This document shows positions 7,960-14,714 of a stretch of DNA of 20,459 nucleotides, in pieces; the stretch's first letter is position 1; each line of letters begins with the position of its first letter. The stretch lies in contig JBIOWP010000006.1 in NCBI GenBank assembly GCA_044868695.1, forward strand, positions 1 through 20,459. The letters run 5' to 3'. The DNA comes from a bacterium (GTDB lineage: Bacteria; Sysuimicrobiota; Sysuimicrobiia; Sysuimicrobiales; Kaftiobacteriaceae). The notes under the pieces were generated by a model that saw only the letters and a program-made list of their open reading frames with translations, was not told the origin of the DNA and made no database searches. A program made the position numbers and the translations under genes.

Positions 7960-9158
7960 GCCGGACGGCAGCGCTGGCCGGCGTCACGGTGCTGGACTTC
8001 ACGCAGATTGAATTGGGACCGTGCTGCACGCAGGTGCTCGGAGATTTCGGGGCCGATGTGATCAAGATCGAGCGGCCTGGTGCGGGCGACCCCGCGCGGC
8101 TGTTCATGAAGGCGCCCAGCGGGGAGAGCGCCGTGTTCTGGGGGCTGAACCGGAACAAGCGCAGCGTCGCGATCGACATCCGCACGCCGCTGGGCGGCGA
8201 AGCCGTCTACCGTCTGGTCAAGCGCGCCGACGTGCTCGTGCACAACTTCCGTCCCGGCGTGATGGAGCGCCTGGGCTTCGGCCCCGACCACCTGCACGCG
8301 ATCAACCCGCTGCTGATTTACGCCGGCGGCAGTGGATACGGGCCGTCGGGTCCCTATCGCGACAAGGGGGGACAGGATGTGCTGGCGCAGGCGATCAGCG
8401 GCATCGCCGCGCGGCGCCCCGATCCGACCGCGGCGCCTGAGCCGTGCGCCACGCCGATCGCAGATTTTACCGCCGGCATGATGCTGGTCCAGGCGATCCT
8501 GCTGGCCCTGCTGGCGCGCGAGCGCACCGGGCAGGGGCAGGTCGTCCACGTCTCCCTCCTCGATGCCATGCTGGCGATGCAGCTGCAGGAGGCCACGGTC
8601 TGGCTCAGCCTGGGGCAGGAGCTGAACTGGGGCGCGATGCCGCTGTCCGGAACGTTTGCGACGCGTGACGGCTACATCGTGATGGTCGGCGCGTTCAAAC
8701 CCAACCCGCTGCAGGAGATCTGCCGGGGACTCGGCATCGAAGACCTGTCCGCCGATCCGCGCTACGCCACCCATGAGGCGCAGGTCGCCCACCGGGACGA
8801 CCTGCAGGCGCGGTTCCGCCGGGAGTTCGCGGCGCGGACGACCGCGGACGCCGTGGCAGCGCTGGAGGCCTTCGATATCCTGTGCGTCCGGGTGAACACG
8901 CTGGCCGAGGCGCTGGCGGACCCGCAGGTGGCGCACAATCAAATGGTGGTCGAGATGCGCCATCCTGAGGCGGGAACGATCCGGACCGTGGGGATTCCGA
9001 TCAAGATGAGCGGGACTCCGGGCGCGCTCCGGCAGGCGCCGCCCATGCTGGGGGAACACACGCGCAGCGTGCTGAAGGAGCTGGGGTTTTCGCCGGAGGA
9101 GGTCGAGTCGCTGGCCGGCGATCAGGCTGCGTCGCCGCAGCCGCAGCGGTCCCGGTAG
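7944..9158 (+). CDS. Family III CoA-transferase (CaiB/BaiF/Frc)
   Basis: 'LAGVTVLDFT', 'GADVIKIERP', 'LNRNKRS', 'HNFRPG', the catalytic-Asp region 'PIADFTAG' and 'PPMLGEHT'. Strong SD GAGGAGG precedes ATG 7944. Confidence 0.93.
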   Translation: MDGPVGRTAALAGVTVLDFTQIELGPCCTQVLGDFGADVIKIERPGAGDPARLFMKAPSGESAVFWGLNRNKRSVAIDIRTPLGGEAVYRLVKRADVLVHNFRPGVMERLGFGPDHLHAINPLLIYAGGSGYGPSGPYRDKGGQDVLAQAISGIAARRPDPTAAPEPCATPIADFTAGMMLVQAILLALLARERTGQGQVVHVSLLDAMLAMQLQEATVWLSLGQELNWGAMPLSGTFATRDGYIVMVGAFKPNPLQEICRGLGIEDLSADPRYATHEAQVAHRDDLQARFRREFAARTTADAVAALEAFDILCVRVNTLAEALADPQVAHNQMVVEMRHPEAGTIRTVGIPIKMSGTPGALRQAPPMLGEHTRSVLKELGFSPEEVESLAGDQAASPQPQRSR

Positions 9159-10441
9159 GGGCACAGCTTCGCCATCCACGCCGGGCAAGCCGGGAGTTCG
9201 GCCGGCGGCGCGCCCGAGTCCAGCAGATGCAGGCGGCGCTCGGCTTCCTCGCGGATGGCCGCTAAGTCAGCGAACGTCATCTCGTAGACCATGAACTTGT
9301 CCTCGGGCAGGGCTTCGTAGTAGAGGACGAACCGCCCCTTCTCGATGCCGGACAGCGCGCACTGGAACGCCAGGGTGTCCAGATTCCAGGGGCGCTCGGC
9401 AGGCAGCCGCTTGCGCTCGATGAAGTCACGCGCCCGCGTCGACTTCAGGATCGTCGGGATGTCCTTGTACAGGCGCACGCGGTCCGCGAGTGTCCCAAGC
9501 CGCACCGGGACACTGCGAAACGCGCGCGGGTCACTCCGGTAGATCACCTCGTCCAGCGCGCGGAAGAACCCCCGGCGTTCCATCTGCCCCAGGCGCTCCT
9601 GTGGAGTGCTGGGCGCTTCGTCAGCCTCGTCGAGCAGGCCGAAGGCCGCCTTCCGGGGGAAGACGAGATGGAAGAACTTGAAGCCCTGGGCCCGGGCGGT
9701 CTCATCGCCCAGCTTGCCGCCGAACAGCGCCTCCAGCCGTGGGTCGCGCTCGATGCGCACACTCGACTCCGGGACGATGCGGCCCAGTTCCGCGGTGACC
9801 GTCCCGCAGCCGCAGATTTCTTCGTATTCGCAGCGGCCGAACCAGGTGCACCGGGGCAGGCCGGCGGGATCCCCGGTATCCAACGCTCTGGCGAGGAGGT
9901 CGCGGCGGCGGATCATTTCGGTGCGGATCGCGGGTGCGTCGCCGAAGTGCAGGCGATACGCCCGCAGCTCTGGCGGCCGCCCGAACTCGCCCCGCCCGTA
10001 GATGAGCAGGTGGCCGGCGCCGCGCCCGGTCATGACCGCGTACATGCCCAGCTGGTCCACGTAGTGCGGGTAGATGGCGTCAGTCCCCTGGCGAATGGAG
10101 CGCGTCGTCTTCAACTCGACAGGAGTGTCTTCGTAGATGTCGATCTTGCCGATGATGCCCTCGAACTCCACGAGCTGCTCGGCGAACTCCTCGGTGGAGA
10201 CCGCGCGTTCGAACTCGTTGTGGAACCCGGTGCCGGCCATCATCGCCTGGGTGCGGTCGGGACCGGGCTGGATCTCGGGATGGGTGCGGGCGAAGAACGT
10301 CTTCCGCGGGTTCACCAGGTCGGTGACGGAGATACGCCGCCGCTTGGACTGCGTCTGGATCGCGGCGGTCAGTTCGTCCTTGATGGTGCGGTTGACATCG
10401 ATGGTGCCGCGGATGAATTGGGCGGAGAAGGCATCAGCCAT
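9122..10441 (-). CDS. Tandem two-domain Cas4/RecB-like PD-(D/E)XK nuclease (N-domain intact, C-domain degenerate), each domain with a 4-Cys C-terminal motif
   Basis: N-domain: 'ISVTDLVNPRK', 'GTGFH74', 'GKID101', 'E109LK111', 'Q130LGMY134' and C198/C204/C210/C212. The C-domain repeats this with 'LVFPRK', 'YKDIPTILKST' and C419/C427/C433/C435. Its ATG overlaps the mrfB stop (ATGGCTGA). Confidence 0.82.
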   Translation of the reverse strand: MADAFSAQFIRGTIDVNRTIKDELTAAIQTQSKRRRISVTDLVNPRKTFFARTHPEIQPGPDRTQAMMAGTGFHNEFERAVSTEEFAEQLVEFEGIIGKIDIYEDTPVELKTTRSIRQGTDAIYPHYVDQLGMYAVMTGRGAGHLLIYGRGEFGRPPELRAYRLHFGDAPAIRTEMIRRRDLLARALDTGDPAGLPRCTWFGRCEYEEICGCGTVTAELGRIVPESSVRIERDPRLEALFGGKLGDETARAQGFKFFHLVFPRKAAFGLLDEADEAPSTPQERLGQMERRGFFRALDEVIYRSDPRAFRSVPVRLGTLADRVRLYKDIPTILKSTRARDFIERKRLPAERPWNLDTLAFQCALSGIEKGRFVLYYEALPEDKFMVYEMTFADLAAIREEAERRLHLLDSGAPPAELPACPAWMAKLCPYRDRCGCGDAA

Positions 10442-11504
10442 GACTCTCTGATGACATCTTACTCGTTTTCCGCAGCAGCCGCTCCCTCCGGTGGGTCAGG
10501 CGCCGAGCGTGGAGCGCGCCGTCGCCGTTGAGCGAGGCAAGGGCCTGGGTGGTGAGTGTCAGGGCCCGCCGGGGATCGCGCAGTTCCCACTCCCACATCA
10601 TCGCCAGCCGTTCCAGCGGCTGCCAGGGCGGCAGGATCCGCGTCTGCACTTCCCGATGCCAGAGGTCGAGCACGAGATCGAGCTGTCCGCTCAGCCGGTA
10701 GTGGCGCGCGAGCGCAGTGACGGCGCGGCGCCGCACGCCCGGCTCTCGCTCGTCAGCGAGGGCCAGACGGTAACAGCCGGCGGCGGTGCCGGCGTTCCCC
10801 CGCGCATCCAGCAGCCGGCCCAGGCCGAACCAGTCCACGATCACCGGGGTCTGGTCAGGGCGCGCCAGCACTTCACCCGCCAGCCCGTGCAGCGCAACGA
10901 GCGAGAGAATATCCTGTGCGTTGTGGGCGAAGACCGGCTCGAGCACGTCGAGATCGCCGGTGTGGAGAAACTGCACATAGAGTGAGGGGATCATCCAACC
11001 CGGGACGTCGACGAAGCGCTCGACCTTCAGGATCATCTGTTCCAGCAGCGCCATGCTGTAGCCCCCCAGGCGGCGGTGCCAGAGGCGGCGCGCCAGGGTC
11101 ATCACATCGAGGTGGGATTCGCTCTCGAGGGCTGCGCGCATGCGGCAGAGGAGAAACCGCGTCTGCAGCAGGGGCAGATCGAAGCGGCTGCCGTTGAAGG
11201 TCACGAGCGCGTTGAAACGGCGGAGGTGACCGCCGACCGCCTCCAGCATGCCGGGCTCCGCCCCCAGATCGCGGAGGAAGTACTGGGTGAGGGAAACGCA
11301 GCCGCCGTCGACGGACGCGATGCCGATGAGGAACACATAGGTGCCGGTGCCGCCGGCGAGGCCGGTGGTCTCGGTATCGAGCCACGCGACGGCGTTGCCG
11401 TCCGGACCCGCCGCACGGCCGAGCTCGACGGCGTCGGCCAGCGCGCGCAGTCCGTGGACACGGTCCAGTGGCCAGGAACGGGTGCGGATTTCGAAACCAC
11501 TCAT
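10434..11504 (-). CDS. mrfB: MrfB/YprB-like DEDDh 3'-5' exonuclease (RNase_H_2 domain) with C-terminal helical TPR-like region
   Basis: ExoI 'WLDTETTGLAGGTGTYVFLIG', ExoII 'VTFNGSRFDLPLL', 'DVPGWMIPSLY' and ExoIII 'HNAQDILSL'. ATG 11504 overlaps the mrfA TGA (ATGA). The ORF-track start at 11909 is an extension inside mrfA. Confidence 0.88.
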   Translation of the reverse strand: MSGFEIRTRSWPLDRVHGLRALADAVELGRAAGPDGNAVAWLDTETTGLAGGTGTYVFLIGIASVDGGCVSLTQYFLRDLGAEPGMLEAVGGHLRRFNALVTFNGSRFDLPLLQTRFLLCRMRAALESESHLDVMTLARRLWHRRLGGYSMALLEQMILKVERFVDVPGWMIPSLYVQFLHTGDLDVLEPVFAHNAQDILSLVALHGLAGEVLARPDQTPVIVDWFGLGRLLDARGNAGTAAGCYRLALADEREPGVRRRAVTALARHYRLSGQLDLVLDLWHREVQTRILPPWQPLERLAMMWEWELRDPRRALTLTTQALASLNGDGALHARRLTHRRERLLRKTSKMSSESHG

Positions 11505-13789
11505 GCGGGGACCGCAGGCGCGAGAGCAGCCCTCAAAAGTGCGAGGCAGTCTGCCTTTCCGGTGCTTCCCACCTCCAGCACCGGTCCCACACAGGACGGG
11601 CAGCCCCACTCGCACCCGCAGTGGGAGACCAGGTCGGAGGCGGCGAGCAGGAGATCGTCGTGCAGGCGGAACAGCCGCTCGGCCTGCCCGACACCGCCCG
11701 GCACGCGCTCGTACAGGTAGATCGTCGGCCGGCCGGTGTGCGGGGAGCGGATTTCGTAGACGCGGCCCAGATCGTTGGGATCGCACATCAGGTACAACGG
11801 CGCGATGTTGTGCAGCGCGTGGGAGAGGGCAGCAAGAGCGCCCTGGAGGCGGTCGTTCGACCAGGGAAGGGAGTGCGGGGACCCGGCGATGGCGTCGGGG
11901 AGCGTCCACCAGGCGGCCGTCGTATGGATCGTCGTCTCCGGCAGGGTGATCCGGCCCCAGCCGATGTTCTCCTGCGTGAACAGTTTGAGCTTCTTGAAAA
12001 TCGTCGGCCGGTAGGTGACGGCGACGTCGCCGTGCGCGCGGGGGAGGGAGTCGCCGGCGGACGCATCTTCCTTGAGCACGGCGATCCCAACCGCGATCTC
12101 CGCGTCAGTGTAGTAGTCGACTTCGACACGCTTCACGTAGGCCTTGCGCTGTTCCCAATCCAGCCGCTCCACGTGAAACTGCTGGCTCAGGTGCATGTAG
12201 ATCGCGTGCTCGTGCACCAGTGCCGGGGCCGAGGCCAGGTCCACTTCGCCCACGACGCGGGGGGAGGGATCGGTTTCGTCGATGATGACCACGTTCTCGG
12301 TCGAGGTCGCCCGCAGGCTGATCTCTTCCGCGGGGAAGCGTTCGGCCACGTAGTGCCAGCGGGCGCCGTCGTCGTGCACGATGCGCTGCGACTGCAGGTG
12401 GTGCATGATCTCGGCAGGGACCATTGTGCCAAACGGTTCGTCGTGAGGGAGCGGCAGCTCGAACGCCGCGCACTTCAGGTGGCTGGTCAGCACGAGCAGG
12501 TTGTCGGGGTTGATCAGCGCGTGCTCCGGCGAGTGCTCGAAGAAATACTCCGGGTGGGTCATCAGGTACTGATCCAGCGGATCGCTGGTCGCAACCAGGA
12601 ACGCGGCGGAGAGGTCGCTGGTGCGGCCGGCGCGGCCCATCTGCTGCCAGGTCGAGGCGATCGTGCCGGGGTAGCCGGCGAGGATCGCGGCAGAGAGCTG
12701 CCCGATGTCGATCCCCAGCTCCAGCGCGTTGGTAGCCGCCACGGCGCGGATCTCGCCGTCGCGCAGCCCCCGCTCGATCGCCCGCCGCTCCGTAGGCAGG
12801 TAGCCGGCGCGATAGCCGCGGACCATCTCCGGGTCGCGGTCGTGCTTCGCGGCAAGGTCTTTCAGATACGTCGCGAGCAGTTCCGCGGCCAGCCGGCTGC
12901 GGCCGAAGACGATGGTCTGGATCTCGGTCCGGATCAACTCGGAAGCCAGGTCACGCGCTTCCATCAAGGTATCCCGGCGGACCCCAAGCTCGCGGCTCAC
13001 GACCGGCGGGTTGATGAAGGCGATCACTTTCTCGCCGGCCGGGGCTCCGGAGCGGTCGATGAGCGTGATGGGGGCTCCGATGAGTCGCTCCGCGTGCTCT
13101 TGCGGGTTGCCGATCGTGGCGCTCGTGCAGATGAACTGGGGAGTGCTGCCGTAAAATCCGCAGATGCGCTGCAGCCGCCGGATGACGTTGGCCACGTGGC
13201 TCCCGAAGACGCCGCGGTACTGGTGGAGCTCATCGATCACCACGTAGCGCAGGTTCTCGAACAGCCGCAGCCATTTCGTGTGGTGGGGCAGAATCGCGGT
13301 GTGCAGCATGTCCGGGTTGGTGACGACGACGTGGCCCGCGGCGCGGATCGCCCGCCGGGCCGAGGCCGGGGTGTCGCCGTCATATGTGAAGGTCTTGATG
13401 TCGGTGCGAAGCGCGGTCACAAGGTGCTGCAGTTCGTCCACCTGGTCGGCGGACAGCGCCTTGGTTGGAAAGAGGTAGAGCGCGCGGGCGCCGGGTTCTT
13501 CGAGGATCCGGCTGAGGACCGGCAGATTGTAACACAGAGTCTTGCCGCTGGCGGTCGGAGTGACGACGACGAGATTCCGGCCCCCGCGGACCGCCTCGAA
13601 GGCCTCGGCCTGATGAGCGTACAACGCCTCGATTCCGCGCCGCCGTAGCGCGCCGGCCAGGTCGGGGCGCACGGCGTCCGGGAACGGCGCGAAACTTGCT
13701 GGCTTGGCCGGGAGGTCCCGCCAGGCCGTGATGCGACCGGCGTAGGTAGGGTCGATCCGCAGGCGGTCGAGAATCTGCCTGAGTGTCAT
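11501..13789 (-). CDS. mrfA: MrfA/YprA (Hrq1/SftH-like) SF2 DExH-box helicase with C-terminal DUF1998 metal-binding domain
   Basis: Q motif 'LYAHQAEA', 'TPTASGKT', 'FPTKALSADQ', 'YDGDT', 'TNPDMLH', 'DELH', 'SAT', 'ATNALELGIDIG' and 'QQMGRAGR'. DUF1998 region 'LMCDPNDL...YLYERVPGGVG...CGCEWGCPSC'. SD GGGAGG precedes the ATG. Confidence 0.93.
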   Translation of the reverse strand: MTLRQILDRLRIDPTYAGRITAWRDLPAKPASFAPFPDAVRPDLAGALRRRGIEALYAHQAEAFEAVRGGRNLVVVTPTASGKTLCYNLPVLSRILEEPGARALYLFPTKALSADQVDELQHLVTALRTDIKTFTYDGDTPASARRAIRAAGHVVVTNPDMLHTAILPHHTKWLRLFENLRYVVIDELHQYRGVFGSHVANVIRRLQRICGFYGSTPQFICTSATIGNPQEHAERLIGAPITLIDRSGAPAGEKVIAFINPPVVSRELGVRRDTLMEARDLASELIRTEIQTIVFGRSRLAAELLATYLKDLAAKHDRDPEMVRGYRAGYLPTERRAIERGLRDGEIRAVAATNALELGIDIGQLSAAILAGYPGTIASTWQQMGRAGRTSDLSAAFLVATSDPLDQYLMTHPEYFFEHSPEHALINPDNLLVLTSHLKCAAFELPLPHDEPFGTMVPAEIMHHLQSQRIVHDDGARWHYVAERFPAEEISLRATSTENVVIIDETDPSPRVVGEVDLASAPALVHEHAIYMHLSQQFHVERLDWEQRKAYVKRVEVDYYTDAEIAVGIAVLKEDASAGDSLPRAHGDVAVTYRPTIFKKLKLFTQENIGWGRITLPETTIHTTAAWWTLPDAIAGSPHSLPWSNDRLQGALAALSHALHNIAPLYLMCDPNDLGRVYEIRSPHTGRPTIYLYERVPGGVGQAERLFRLHDDLLLAASDLVSHCGCEWGCPSCVGPVLEVGSTGKADCLALLRAALAPAVPA

Positions 13790-13810
13790 TCTGGCCTCCC
13801 TGTCAGTTAT

Positions 13811-13826
13811 ACGAACTGATGTTCGT
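13811..13826 (-). promoter_or_regulatory. LexA (SOS/Cheo-type) operator upstream of mrfA
   Basis: The perfect inverted repeat ACGAAC-TGAT-GTTCGT matches the Gram-positive consensus CGAAC-N4-GTTCG. It ends 21 bp upstream of the mrfA ATG. On the minus strand it overlaps two TATAAC -10-like hexamers (13830-13825 and 13811-13806), in an AT-rich patch. Confidence 0.82.
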
Positions 13827-13873
13827 TATAGGGCGTGAGGCTCCTGCCAAAAAGGAGGAGGGGACGGGCCAAT

Positions 13874-14692
13874 CTACGAAGGGGTCTGACCCCGATGACC
13901 GGACGCGTAAACATCGACGCGAAGCACACGGACATCGACCGGTTCTGCCCGGCCCTTCAACTGCAACCGGCGGGATTCAAGCGGCCCGAGATCGAGGCCA
14001 GCGGCGTCGTGAGCGGCATTTGAGATGAGGATTTCCCCAGCCCCGGCTAGGGAAGCCAGCCGCGCGGTGATGTTCACGGTGTCGCCAAGCGCAGTGAGGT
14101 CGTAAACGGTTTCTTCTGACCCCACGATGCCGACAAAGGCAATGCCGGTGTGCACGCCCGCGCCGATCGGGAGCCATGGTCCTCCCGGGGCGCCGTGGCC
14201 GGTGGCGAGCAGCAACTCGCGGGCGGCGCGGATCGCCCGCGCCGGATGGTCGGGCAGATACGGCGGGTAAAGTCCGATCACCTCGTCGCCCACCAGCTTG
14301 TCCACCAACGCGTCGGAGTCGATGAGGACGTGGTTGGCCGCGTGGTAGAAACGATTCAGCAGCTGCGTGAATTCGGACGGCGTCATGCGCTCAGCCAGCG
14401 TCGTGGAGCCGCGGACGTCGGCGAAGAGCAGGGACAGCGGGACTTCGGCACCGCCCTGGGAGCGCCGCAGGGTCGTGTTGCACATGTTGCAGTAGTTGGG
14501 ATTCTTGGGGGAGCGCTGCTTACCGATCATCCGCATCAGCACCCCGCCGATGCCGCGAAACGGGGAGTTGCACAGCTTGCACCGGGGGGAGGACGGCAGC
14601 AGGCGGAAAATGCGCCGCTCCCGCTTGAGTAGTGGGTGGGTCCCGGTCAGATACCCTCGCCAGGCTTCTTCCAGCGCGGACTGCTCGCTCAT
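13874..14692 (-). CDS. Class III adenylate/guanylate cyclase with N-terminal CxxC...CxxC (putative zinc-binding) domain
   Basis: 'LFADVRGST', 'VDKLVGDEV', 'GAGVHTG' and 'TALGDTVNITARL'. N-terminal 'RCKLC' and 'YCNMC'. The start is set at ATG 14692 because the ORF-track 14785 lies inside pdxA. Confidence 0.88.
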   Translation of the reverse strand: MSEQSALEEAWRGYLTGTHPLLKRERRIFRLLPSSPRCKLCNSPFRGIGGVLMRMIGKQRSPKNPNYCNMCNTTLRRSQGGAEVPLSLLFADVRGSTTLAERMTPSEFTQLLNRFYHAANHVLIDSDALVDKLVGDEVIGLYPPYLPDHPARAIRAARELLLATGHGAPGGPWLPIGAGVHTGIAFVGIVGSEETVYDLTALGDTVNITARLASLAGAGEILISNAAHDAAGLDLGPLESRRLQLKGRAEPVDVRVLRVDVYASGHRGQTPS

Positions 14693-14714
14693 CCCGCGGG
14701 GAGCCTTCGAGCCG

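Noticed and set aside
9122..10441. Calling this gene cas4, part of a CRISPR-Cas locus
   Set aside because: No array or other cas genes are present. It is twice the Cas4 length, lacks the N-terminal Cys, and is coupled to mrfAB.
11468..13648. 726-aa plus-strand ORF, and similar long shadow ORFs such as 3208-4875 (-), 7899-9188 (-), 15710-17011 (-) and 18393-19775 (-)
   Set aside because: They are antisense to well-supported genes and have no recognisable motifs. Such ORFs are expected from stop-codon scarcity in high-GC DNA.
11501..13789. DISARM/Druantia-type defence system based on the DUF1998 helicase
   Set aside because: It is a compact, unsplit 762-aa MrfA-type protein with MrfB and a LexA box. 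No methylase, SNF2 helicase or PLD partner is present. A defence role is not excluded but is unsupported.
13841..13860. Hairpin CTCCT(G)CC-AAAAA-GG-AGGAG as the terminator of the cyclase
   Set aside because: The stem is short and bulged, and no U-tract follows it on the minus strand.
13874..14692. Pycsar/CBASS-like cyclase signalling to the downstream nuclease
   Set aside because: The residues fit an ordinary ATP-specific class III cyclase. No cyclic-nucleotide-binding effector is adjacent, and a separate LexA-type promoter lies between it and mrfA.
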